From positions 16,157,101-16,221,100 of the forward strand of contig NC_134025.1 in NCBI RefSeq assembly GCF_964204645.1: a DNA stretch of 64,000 bases, written 5' to 3'. The translations under genes and the position numbers were made by a program. The stretch comes from Tubulanus polymorphus. Taxonomy: Eukaryota; Animalia; Nemertea. Under the pieces are notes generated by a model. The model saw only the letters and a list, made by a program, of their open reading frames with translations, was not told where the DNA came from and searched no databases. Below are positions 27,599 to 40,128 of this stretch, piece by piece; the first letter of the stretch is position 1, and each line of letters begins with the position of its first letter.

Positions 27599-27762
27599 GG
27601 GATCATTCATTTATTACGTACGCATTAGGGGAGGGGAGGGGTCAGGGCAATTACGTACTGTAATGCTTAATGTACATGAAAAAATGGCAGATTTTGCGTA
27701 CAGAGGGGGAGGGGGGGGTTGAAATAATCAAATTTTATACGTACGTAATAAATGAATATTCC
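27599..27762. mobile_element. Second copy of the small MITE
   Basis: Direct similarity to 12707-12864. Confidence 0.7.
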
Positions 27763-27975
27763 TGTTTTAAAAATAGGGCTATCGAGTGAATTAGTACATA
27801 GACTGAATTAGACTTTAGGCTAGTCCTGGCCAAATCCTATCCATGTTACAATTGCACCAGTTATAGTAACATCATTGTAGGAGGATGACCGCCGACTAGA
27901 GGGAAAAAGTTGTGTTTGTAGTACATAGGCATGGTAGGCTTGTCGTACTCACTTAATACCCGGTACTTAAAACGC

Positions 27976-28445
27976 TGTTGTTACCTGTACGTGACTGTAC
28001 GGTGATTTCAACAGGTTAGCCGTATGTGAGTATGTTGACGCTCAGACTTGCAATATTGGGATTCGAAACCAAACGAAAAAAAAATCCAGTTGTAGTCCAG
28101 TGATTTACCCACTGTGCCACAGAACGTAACTGCAGGGTGGATGAAATTTGATTTACAAATAGCCTAGCCTCACCTAACCCAAACTCTATTCTTTCACGCA
28201 TGCACGTTTGCAGATTACAGGAACTCACTTACGGTCTTTTTAGGGAACTCACGTGCGGTTAACCTGTGGATATCACCGTACAGTCACTGGCACGTACGGG
28301 TAACAACTTCGTACTTAAAAAATGGTATTGGCTACTAGAAAAACTCATGTACGGCGTTTGTAGGGAACTCACGTACGGTTAACCTGTGGAGATCACCATA
28401 CAGTCACGTACGAGTAACAACTACGTACTTACTGGTATCGGCTAC
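27976..28445. repeat. Inverted-repeat element enclosing a tRNA-like fragment, with duplicated right arm
   Basis: gttgttacc.gtacgtgactgtacggtgat...gttagccgtatgtgagt inverted at ~28246-28308 and again at ~28366-28421; A/B-box-like sequence 28058-28125 on minus strand. Confidence 0.55.
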
Positions 28446-30633
28446 TACATAATAGGCCTATAGACAAATAAATACCCGTACTGCGGTAGGCTTTCTTAGC
28501 TTCCACACTTCACAACCGAACCAACGGACCAACCAGTATATTTATTCCCAGTACGCACCAACCGGCACAGGCCTAACTGTTGGTAAACTGTGTGTACCGT
28601 AGTAGGCTATCAATAATCACCGGATACTTTTCTGTTGTTTGTTTTCTCTCTGAGACGAACGTAATTCTAGCAGCTCTCCGCCACTCAACGACCTTGATTT
28701 AAACTTGATCAATTCAAGATCTGTTTATTGACGCTTTTGGTTACATGAACTGATCAGCAATATACTTAAATGAAATAACCGGAATAACAAGAAATCAAAA
28801 ATATTAAAGTGGTAACAAACAAATGCCCGTAAACCTGTCAGACACGCGAACGCCGGACTCGTAAACTCTTGGACTCGGACCCGCTGAGCAATAAATTCAT
28901 AAAATTGACTTTGAAATTGATTGTGGAGAAGAGAAGGAATAATTCGATAGCTCTTCCTTATAAAGAAGAGAGAAATTTCGGAAAGAAAACACAACATGGC
29001 TACTAATTGAACAGAGCCAAATTTCCGATGTTTACGGCTCGACAGTGCCTTTATAATGTGGATTTATCAAAATTCCCATGCAGTATCTGGAGATTGAAGT
29101 GAGCTGAAGGATATCATACGGATTGTATCGGCGACAGCGGTAAGGTAAGGAAGCCTTTACACTTTTAACAAAAACTATGTGGAAAAGAGAAAAAAAAAAA
29201 TAATAAATATTGCTGCAAAGCAGCGATAACGGGTTTTCTGAGCAGGCGTGCTATTCATAATTTGAAAAGTGGATAAAAGAAATATATCAATACGGGATAC
29301 GCATTTGATGTGTCAAGTCACACCAATGCGGTTTAACATAACATAATTTATAGTTATAGTCAAATTGGGGGTTACTCGGGTCGTTTAGTTGTCTGTGGAG
29401 TCGAGTAGATTGGTTACCCATCTGTAACATTGGTTAGGGAAACGACTCGTCAGCTTGATGAGTTGTATGTATTATGATTGTGCGCCACCTGCATTTTCCG
29501 AAATAATGTTCATATAATTATTTGAAGGGACGATTGAAGTCAATTATCAACGTACATCTGAATATGTAATAGTCCTTAGTAACTTTCTGTTGCAGAGGGC
29601 ATAGAAAAGATTTTGAAATTATTTAATTAAAATATAAATTTTATATACGAAAAATAAACTATTATGGTCAGTACAAATTGAAAATTCATAGTGTATTTTT
29701 AAGAACAAGCTTACATAGCTTACAGAATACATCACGTACATTTGAATTTTATAAGTGATGGATAAAAAATCAACGTGTGACAGAAAAAAATGTAGTTAAT
29801 TATTTAACAATATCGAAATATGTGCTCTCTTTTTAAACTAATGGAGTGATACGCAATTAATCACATGGCCTGTATTAAAAGATAGAACATACAAATTGGA
29901 TATTTATAAGTCGAAACATGTGAACAGAAACTAAAACTTTGATGTCAGTGACCAGTAGTATGGAATTACACAACGACAATTGGCTTTAAACTCAACAAAC
30001 ATTATTAAAGAATGTTTCAAACAAAATGCATTATACAACGACATGAATAAACTTGTTTTACAAAACAAGAAAGTACATTTTGAACTTTTGAATGGTCGAA
30101 TCCCATTTATTCACAGTAACCTGTGATGTGGCGATCCTCGGAGCCATCATTCTTGATGACGTCACTAACAAGTGGTCACGGCCGTCGCGTGCACTCATTT
30201 CTTTGAAAATCTAGCTTCCTCGCGGAGCGGGACCTGGTGACGCTGCGCCCCGCCCCCTTCGCGCTGAGAAATATCTTATTCCCAGTCAGCAAAGACAGGT
30301 TCTAAAGATCATAGAGTGCATCGCTGAAGGGTTTCCGATCCAATTTGAATTGGTGCGGTGGCGCTCTCAATGCAGAAGTTTTTGTGAATTTTTCAGTCGG
30401 CGACGGACGTTTATCGTTGTAAGTGATGTAATATGTAAAAAATGCAGGGAAACCTATCTCAATTTGTTTTTAGCGATGCAGCGGAACTAATAAGGAACAT
30501 TTTGATATATAACATGACTATAGTACACTATCCCTGATGGAATAATAAGCTCCACTCGACAAACTCGTTACCGTGCATTTTTATCTGTTAGTGTTTCAGC
30601 CACAGGGGCTCGTATCAGAGTTGTAGGTAATGT

Positions 30634-31927
30634 AACTAGGGGTCCAGGGACACCATGCCCACTTGGGAAGTGGTTTCAAATGCTCAACAATCTAACAATT
30701 TCAATATTCAACGCCCCCTGGTGACCATTTACAAAAACCAACGACCTCGAAACTCACCACAATCATAGAACATGTCATGAACTACAACTTTGTAATTGAT
30801 CATGGTAACAAAATATGCCTAGGTACCAATATAATAAGGAAATACTAAGTCATTCTACTATTCAATGCCCCCTGGTGACCATATTCAAAACCCAATGACC
30901 TCGAAACTCACCACAATCATAGAACATGTCATGAACTACAACTTTGCAATTGATCATGGTAACAAAATATGCCTATGTACCAATATAATAAGGAAATACT
31001 AAGTTATTCTACTATTCAACGCCCCCTGGTGACCATATAGAAAAACTAATGTCCTTAAAACTCGCAACAATCATAGATGATGTCATGAGCTACAACTTTC
31101 CAATTGATTGTGGTTACAAAATATGCGTAGGTACGAATATTATAAAGAAATGCTAAGATATTGTATTATTCAACGCCCCCTGGTGGCCATATACCAAATC
31201 CAATTACCTTGAAACTCACCACAATCATAGAACACGTTATGAGCTACAACTTTCTAATGAGCTACAACTTTCGATTGTGGTAGCAAAATACGCTTAGGTA
31301 TCAATATAATGTGGAAAAACTTTTTCCCACTTACAAATGAGTATTGGTGACACCAAGATGGCCGCCAATTGCGTCATAATTGGCTGATGAAAAATACATG
31401 TCTCAGGTATAAAACATCCCTTTCCAAAGAATACCCATCACAAATTGCAATGAAAAAAAATGGCAAACCAGTAGGAAGCTACAGGACTCAGAATTCGGGC
31501 AAAAATTAACATTTTTGGGCACTAAAAAGGTCATATGACGGCCATCTTGAGTCCGACCGACCCAATTTTTGTTATGTTGATTGGCCCTGGGGGGATTCAC
31601 ATATATCCGAAAGACCAAGGTAATTGATCAAAGCGTCTTCAAAATTTCCCTCAAAAAGTTCAAAAATGTGTAAAAAGTGCTGATTTTGGCGAACAACAAT
31701 GGCTGCTAGTCGGCCATCTTGATTCTGACAGGGCCAGTTTTTGGGCTGAAGATGTGTCTAGGGTAGATACATGTGTAACCCAAATATCAAGACATTACCT
31801 TGAAGCATCTTCAAAACTTCCCAAAATAACTGGATTCCGTCTACGGACGGATGGACGGACGAACGGACGACGGACGAAAAGTGAACACATTAGCCCGCTG
31901 GGACTAAAGTCCCAAGTGGGCTAAAAA
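30634..31927 (+). mobile_element. Helentron-associated (HINE/DINE-like) non-autonomous element with 154-bp internal tandem units
   Basis: AACTAG start, four units (30709, 30863, 31017, 31171), (ACGG)n microsatellite, 3' hairpin GGGACTAAAGTCCC, A-run. Confidence 0.72.
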
Positions 31928-34900
31928 CGAAAATCTGTTAATCCAATGTATATAGTATATATAAAATAACAAGGGGCTAACGACGCTCACAAACTACTTA
32001 ACTTCAGTCGCTTACTTTTTCGTTATTTTTCATCCGATTTTGATAATCCAGGCATGATATGAAAGCTAATACCTTCCTGCTTCTAACGAAACTAATCCCG
32101 TTAATTTCCGATGAATAGTTCGTGAATTATATGTCTTTGGACGCGAAATTAGGGCCGAAATCGCCTGGACCGAAAATGCTATGACGCCGGTTTTTGTCGA
32201 TTTCGAAATTTAAAACGTTGAGTTCGACACGAAATCCTTCACCGATTTTGATGATTGTAAAAGATAAGCATTAATCTATGTTAATGCTGTATCTTTATCA
32301 TGAAACCTAAGAAAGATTATTCTATTATTTAGGCCTATTCAAATTTTCTGTCCACTACCACGTGGAAATAATAAGACCCACTCAAAATTGTGCATCACGC
32401 TTTGACCAAGAAATTGGTTCTAGGCTATAAATTTTACGACTCAAACGAATCTTTTCCTCAACAAAGCCGCTTTTAGTTTGATGCAAAATGAAATTTGCTT
32501 TTAAAATGTGTAACTAGGCCTAATCAAAAGGATATTTCAAAAGCAAACTTTGCCGGGCCAAGAGCCATATTGAATTCAATTTTTTCCGAACCATTATGCC
32601 TCTTTCATCATAACATTATTTATCCTATTTCAAGATCTTAGGCCTACAAGTAGAGAGAGCGCCTACGTTGGGTTCAAATCGGAATTTTAAGATTTATTTC
32701 ATTTAATTCCAGGTTTTCACTGTAGATTATCAAAGACATGTGGCGTTGTGGGAGTTCATGGTTGTTTGATAATCCATTATTTGTAAGTGTAAGGCTATTT
32801 GAGGGATTCGAAACCGACATTTTTAAATTTTGTAGCTTTATTACGTCTAATTCCAGATGTTTATCATGGCATGTTTCATTTTGGAGGTTTGTCAGCGAGT
32901 TGGTATGCTGTCGGCAGAAGTAGTATGATAATTCGTTTCATGTAAGTAAACAGCTATTTGAAGGATTCGAAACCGAAATCTGTATTGTGAATTTTTTAGT
33001 GGTATTTTGTTTGATTCTAGGTGAATAGGACATGATTCATTTTGGGAGTTTGTCCGCGAGTTTGTATACTGTCAAATGAAGTTTCTTCATCAATTTGTCG
33101 TATGTAAGTATCAATCTATAGGTTTTATAGGCCCTATTAGGGGTTCGATACAGAAATTTGGTGAATTCCTCAGATTTATTTTAATTTATTCCAGGTTGTT
33201 ATCAGAAAAATATGTACTTTATTTCATAGGTTAGTCTTTGATTGAAAACTAAAAATGGATGATAGTTCTAAATTTGATGTTGATTCACATGACCAATCTA
33301 GTAAGTATGGCTCACTCGTCTTTTAGAATAAGAGACCTATTGCATTTATCCTTCAATTCAAGTTGCTATACAACCTTTTATACAGATATTTACCTTATCA
33401 ATATAAACATGTATTTGCCATTAGCCATACAATTCAGTAAAACTGTTCCCGTCCAGATTTTGAAACATCATTTGACTCAATTTTTCCTCCTAGAAAATTG
33501 CTTTAGCTCATTCCAATGTTCGCAGTAAAAGTGAATTGTAGCATGTATGATTCCCATCCATCAATTTTGTCTTGTTTCGTATTTTTAGCGAAAATCTCGA
33601 AAAAGTCTGACGTCGAGGCAGGTGGTGGCCAGACAAAGACATATTCTTAATATAAGACGCATGGCATGACTTATTGTTCACTTTTTCACTTTTTCCTATC
33701 CTTATTTCGAAATTGAAGTATTGTAATAAACTATTGATTTATTTTTGTTGATCAACGCAACTAGTTTTGTTGTTTTCTTTCTTAATTTACATTTGAATTG
33801 GATGGTCATCTTGCGTAGGAGTCAGTTTGTCATCGAAGCAATACAGTCTAACTTGTTGACATCTCAGATGCAGCGGGGCAGGGCGGTCATTATATTGTGG
33901 ACTTATCCAAATAACACTTACACAGCCCAACGTGTTACAGTGTGTAAACTCCGTCGTACTCGGCATTATAAGACAGTGCGGAATTGAGTTTTAGTCACCT
34001 GAGCCCTCGGCTTGATTCGACCAAAAAGATCTTAAATGACTTCACAGAATTTGATTATGAGTCAAGGATTTTCTAAATTTCTGAATGCTTTCTCTGGTTT
34101 TAAGATCAATTCAAATTCAATCTTCAAAATATTTTATTGAAAGAAATTCTACTGAAGACAGATTTTGAAATGAAGAATATATCCAGGCAAATAATTATAG
34201 CAAAATCAACTGATGATCATCAAGGTGAAGTTTTCATTCATCTTCGGCTAATTTGTCTACCCCTGATGATTGAAGCATTTTGGTTACTCGCGCCAATTAG
34301 TCAGCAACAGTCGATTTTCATGCCATCTGACCTCTTTCCATCTGTAATTAAGCAATCAAATGTAAGAATTACTTAGGTAAGGAGCGAAATAATATATAGA
34401 TATCTTAGGAGACTATTTGAAATCATGAGTTTGTTGTGAAAATCTATTACTACAGTCTCGTAGAGCATAGACACCAAGCCACGTGGCATTGGTATTTTTA
34501 AGGCTATTCAGTTTACTCCAAAACAAGTCAATGATTAACATTAAAAAAGCTTCATATCAAGGGTATGTCGCAGGACTCATGACGCCCATGAATTATCATC
34601 CCATAATTACAATGAATCCAATTCTGCATGTACGTTAGCACGACTGATTACTAATCCAAATATTGCATTACAAAAAAAAATTACGCAAAACGTCAAGTAC
34701 TTACAGCATCTGAGACAGTTGCGCTTAAGTTAGCGTGTTAAGTTACATCTTTGGCTGTCAATGTCGAAAAAGCCTAATTTGAAACATACATTTGCGCACT
34801 GTGGTTTAATATTCCTGCAAGAATCCGCAAAGGAATTGAAGACCGTAGTGCCCAGTTCATTCCACGAATAATAGCTGGAAAGAAAGTAATCAAAATAAAT

Positions 34901-35470
34901 TGTCATGCACATTCAGTGTAAACCAGGCCATAACTAGCTGCTATTAAGGCATTCCACTGACTGGCTCTACCCATTATATTTAGGGCCTAAATCTATTCTA
35001 GGCGCATCCCCCAAAAAAGCTAGGCATTAAGTAAGTAGCCAACAATGATCATTGCTTCACCGAGTAGGCCTACTCATTTGGTAGCATACTTATATTATTA
35101 AAGAAATCATTTAATACATTCCCTGGTTAACGGATTCTCACCTTAAAATACATAAACTCTGCTGTCGTTGTCATCGATCCAAGTCGTCAACTGAACGCGG
35201 AAGTAAAGTTCCGTGTGAAAATTCCTACAATTTCTGTCCATATCACGTTGATTTGACCCCGAAATCTTCAGGAAATGTAGCCAACGTAAATTGATTTACG
35301 AATAGAATTAATCAATTGACTCATTTTAGAAATCATGGTTTCGTGAAATTCATTTAAGTCCTAAAACTCGCGATAAATTTAAGCCGAAAATGATTTCAAC
35401 CATCCACCATGTTGTTTCATTAATAAAACAATTGTTGCGCGCCGGCGCTGCACTGTGATAATGCATGGTT

Positions 35471-35537
35471 TCACTAGGATTCGAACCCTCGACCTCTCAG
35501 TTGGGAGTCAAACACCTTATCCACCATGCCACAGGAC
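35471..35537 (-). repeat. tRNA-derived SINE-like head (Pol III A/B boxes)
   Basis: TGGCATGGTGG (A box) ... GGTTCGAATCC (B box); stems too poor for a real tRNA. Confidence 0.55.
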
Positions 35538-37119
35538 AGGACGCTGTTTTTATCGTTAGTGGGAGTACCCGACAGGGCGAGTCGCGATTGCTACTATCAT
35601 CCGGTGTTATCTTTCAGTACGTAATTTTAAGTTTAAAATAGGACGGAGAGTGCATAGGTATAATCTACACGGAGCGAATGCGTATTATATTACTATCAGA
35701 ATTCTACATTTCAATAGGGTTTTCTGTGAAGCAACAGAAAACCCTAATTAGACCATATCTCCAGGATTGCATTGAAACACCAGCTATCTGTTGATGATAA
35801 CCTACAATTCCTTAAAAACACAGCTCTTTTCCTCATTAAGAACCATTAAAACTTCAGATGAAAGTAAGATTTATAGTAAAATTAAGTTATCATTTATCAT
35901 TATCATAACCATAATCATTATTATTACCATTATCATCTTTACCATAATAATGTCTACTATTATTTAATTTATTTGTTATAAACATTTTTATCTACTATCA
36001 TTTATTATTCATTAAGTAATATAATCATAAGTGTAATTCTTATTATTAGTACCATTGTTATTTTCTGTTTCTTCACAGAAAACCCTATTGATATTCGCAT
36101 GATTATTAGGGTTTCCACTCCTTTCGCAGAAACCCTATTGTAATTGTACTGATTATTATTATCAAGATTCACTGCCCTTTTAGATTTCAACTCATTTTGT
36201 TTATTTAGCCAATCAGCGTGCATTAAAAAGTATTCAGCCCGGGCGATACTTGGTGGAGGCTTTCTCTAACGGCTTCTCTAACACATTTCATGGAGGTTCA
36301 TACGCGGAGAATATAGGCCGTAAAAATATTTCCTCAAACCACAAATTTTATTCAATTTCACGCATGGAACGTGTGCCATTTTACCATAAATAACCATCAT
36401 GTTTTTACCATCATGTCTGGGCCTACCCAACCAATGTTTTCTTCCGATGGGCCCGTTAGAAACCTGTTCATTGATCACAAGTGCGTCAACATGTATCACT
36501 GTACATATACATGTAATGACATGCACATGTTACAGGATAAAAACCATCATGTTACAGGATAAACACCACTCGCGGCGAAAAGATTGCTGTTTTTGCTAAT
36601 TTTGAGAATTGCATGGAAGCAGCTAATTGATTGATGTTATTGACTTCGGGCAAAACCTTTGTTGGAAGATTTAAAAGACTGCTAGTTTAAGATGATAATG
36701 CATATTTGAAATTAAACTCCTTTCGGCTGTCTTAACAGCAGCTAAGCGAAATTTCGCTGAGAGCATTTCATTTTGGTGCAAAGCTATTGCAATAGACAGC
36801 CCCTGAGGGGCTGTTGGCAGCAGAGCTACCGCTTAAAATTGCTGATTTCGACAGTCAGCCATCTTTATTCTGATCAGGTCAGTCTTTGGGTACAGGATAA
36901 CCGACGGCGCATTATTCCTGTTATATATGGGCATCATTTTGCTCATAGTAATTTGCTCTGATTAGAATCCCAGGACTCATTATGAAATTATGAAATGAGA
37001 TGACATTTTGAATGAAGTGAATTTGACGCGTCGTTATCAGATGCATTATGAAATGAGATGAAATTTTGAATAAAGTGAATTTGACACTTCGATTGACGCA
37101 TCATTGCTATTTTAATTTT

Positions 37120-37520
37120 GACAGTATTTCCATCCCATACAATAGTGCTCCAACAATGTCTTTTGAAAAATTAGACCGTCTACATGATAAAGCAGCACTA
37201 TTGGTATCGGGTTGTTTACAAGGTTCTAACACCTCAAAGGTTTTAAATATACTTAATAGGCAAACGCTTGCCTCAAGACGTGAAGAACGGCTTCAGCTAT
37301 TTATGTATAAAGTAAAATTAGGACATTGTCCATCCTATGTTCAAGAAATTTTTAGGAATTTCAGAGATAGCCTTAGAGAATGAACAACACGGATGCAATG
37401 TCTATTTGAATTCCGGCCGCTATATCTTCAAAAATTGCTAATTCTCCTTATTTTTGGTTAATGAAATCGTGGAATAATACACACATTGATATCAGGAGCT
37501 GCCCTACTTTTTCGCAATTC
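37120..37520 (+). mobile_element. Second fragment of the same LINE family
   Basis: KAALLVSGCL.GSNT.KVL.ILN.QTLA.RR..RLQ nearly matches the 25464 ORF. Confidence 0.75.
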
Positions 37521-37734
37521 CACTGGCTTGCTAAACTGGTGTGAAGTAGAAAATTAGTCACGAAGTACGCAGAAATTCATTTCAGAAAATTAAAACAGAA
37601 AAAATATATCAAAAAGGACTTAATTTTGGTCAATGATAACTGACATTTTAACAAAATGTAATCTCGAAAAATTGATTATGGGAATTTTTTTCATAATTTC
37701 AATTCATCCCTGGAATAACATATAAAACAACTAA

Positions 37735-39450
37735 AACTAAACAAGTCAACAATTGAGGCCTCTAGGCTGTTAACGTAGTTTTTCGGAGGCCATAACTTGA
37801 ATCAAATCGACCCAATTTTAAAAAGGGTTCTGGCCCAAGTGATATCCTACCTGTGTACTAAGTTTGAAATGAATCGGTCAACAATTCAGCCTCTAAGCTG
37901 TTAACATCATTTTTCATGTCAGCCTCCTGGTGGCCATGATTTGAATCAAATCAACCCAGTTTTAACCCTTTCAATACCACATAGTGTCTCCGCTGCTGTA
38001 CCGAGGGAATTTAGGGGTTTATAGGGGTATATTTGAGGCTTCATAGAATAGTTACCAAGTTATCTGACACAGAAAAATTATATAGCATGTTGTTGATAAC
38101 TTTTGGGCCAACAAAGTAGACATAAATAATGTGGGTATAAGTGAACTTGAGGTCAAGGTCACATACTCCAAGATGGCCGCCATGAAAAAATTCACAAAAA
38201 CGTTTCAGATAAACTGCTCTGTCTCCCAGTGAAATGTACTGATCCATTCAATTCCAACTGGAATTGTATGCCATATATCCTTACTTTATGTAGTAAAAAT
38301 TTCAAAGCAATAGAACAAATAAAAAAATTTATTTTTCCACTCATTTACCCACTTTTCCACCGATATGTCAGAAGGCCGGATGTAAGGGGTTTCATTGGGG
38401 TATAATTTTAGGCCTCAGAAAATTGTTACCTATGTATTTGACACTGATACATTGTATACCATGGTGTTGATAACCTTTGGGCTTACAAATAAGACAAATA
38501 ATTTGGATATATGCGACCTTGAGGATGGACAGTTTCTGGTTCTTCATAATTGTTATTGATGTCTGTTGCCATGACAACCATATCAACGGGGTCTAAAAAA
38601 TTGTCACTGATTTCATTTTCATCATCAAAATCATAACCGGCACTATAAACCTAATTTCTGACTAAGCCTCATCATCTGAACTGCTGCTGTCATATTCGTT
38701 GTCACTCTGTTCACTACCAAATTCCAAGTCACCTGATACTGATAGATATGCCCTTCTGGAAGAAGGGTTAAGCGATACCGTATCACATACAGTACGGGTA
38801 TGCTAGCTTGCCAATTTGTACCGTATACCATACGATAGTGGTATTGTAAGGGTTAAATAGGGTTCTTGCCAAGGTGATAACCTACTTGTGTACTAAGTTT
38901 GAAATGAATCGGTCTCCAATTGCGGCCTCTAGTCTGTTAACGTCGTTTTTCATGTCATCCCCTGGTGGCCATAATTTGAATTGAATCTACCCAATTTTTA
39001 ATAGGGTTCTGGCCCAAGTGATAGCCTACTTGTGTACTAAGTTTGAAATGAATCGGTCTCCAATTGCGGCCTCTAGTCTGTTAACACCGTTTTTCATGTC
39101 ATCCCCTGGTGGCCATAATTTGAATCGATTCGACCCAATTTTTAATAGGGTACTGGCCCAAGTGATATCCTACTTGTGTACTAAGTTTGAAATGAATCGG
39201 TCGCCAATTGCGGCATCTAGGCTGTTAACGTCGTTTTTCATTTCGGCCCCCTGGTGGCCATAATTTGAATCGAATCGACCCAATTTTGTATAGGGTTCTG
39301 GCCCAAGTGATATTCTACTTGTGTTCCAAGTTTGAAAACAATCGGTCAACAATTGCGGCCTCTTGGCGGTTAACGTCACTTGCGGCGGCGTACTCAGAGA
39401 GGGGCAAATCTATATGCCCCCTCTCAACTCAAGTTGAGCTAGCTGAAAGA
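37735..39450 (+). repeat. Related HINE-like element with 144-bp tandem units and 3' hairpins, interrupted by piggyBac
   Basis: gaaatgaatcgg at 38901, 39045, 39189; terminal hairpins gagagggg...cccctctc and ctcaactcaagttgag. Confidence 0.65.
37966..38852. mobile_element. Non-autonomous piggyBac element
   Basis: TTAA TSD; TIR CCCTTTCAATACCAC / GTGGTATTGTAAGGG (14/15); splits one unit of a 144-bp tandem repeat. Confidence 0.82.
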
Positions 39451-40128
39451 ACACATGTTGATCCCTGGGGAATTAATGTATTCACTTTCCGGCATTTTTC
39501 ACGAAAAAATACCGAACTTTGACTGCTAATTACTGCATAACTGGCACTAATCGCATAATGAAAGTATACGGTACAAAAGACGATTTTATGTGCACAGCAT
39601 TTTGTGAGAAATTGATTTCCAGAAAGGTCTCCAAAGCCATTATGAAGACACCGTCGACATATGACGAATAAATAGATTGCCCATGGGCAAAGTGTGGTTT
39701 ACCTTGAAAGCTTGAGGTTGTTTGGAGCAAGGGCATTGCTTGAAAAATCTTTTTAATTCGTGACTTCAAAGTTCTACAAGTTTATATCGTATTTTATCTT
39801 TCTTAAAGAATTATTTTGTAGTCAAATAAGACCAAAGACATAGGTTTGTTTATGGTCCACGTAAAACATTTCGTAGGGTACATGTAGGCGCGGCAGGGAA
39901 AGTATTTTATATTTTCAAAAAAATATTTTTCACAATATGAAAAAATATTCAAATAAAATTCATATGATGTCACATATCAGAGGGCAGCTGAATATTGAGT
40001 CTTGGAAACCACTTCCACTGTATGGCTGGGGAAGCTAAAATATGGGTACAGTAATAAATGGGCGTATTACATCGTTTCAAATCCTGGAATTTACCACTAC
40101 AATATTCAGACCTCGACCTATACCTATA

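Noticed and set aside
30700-31300. CRISPR-like array
   Set aside because: Whole 154-bp units are homologous with no unique spacers; eukaryotic context, no cas genes
34703-34884. Exon-like segment with splice signals on the minus strand
   Set aside because: Stops in the frames examined and no recognisable homology
35471-35537. Functional tRNA gene
   Set aside because: A/B boxes present but acceptor and anticodon stems do not pair; treated as SINE-like
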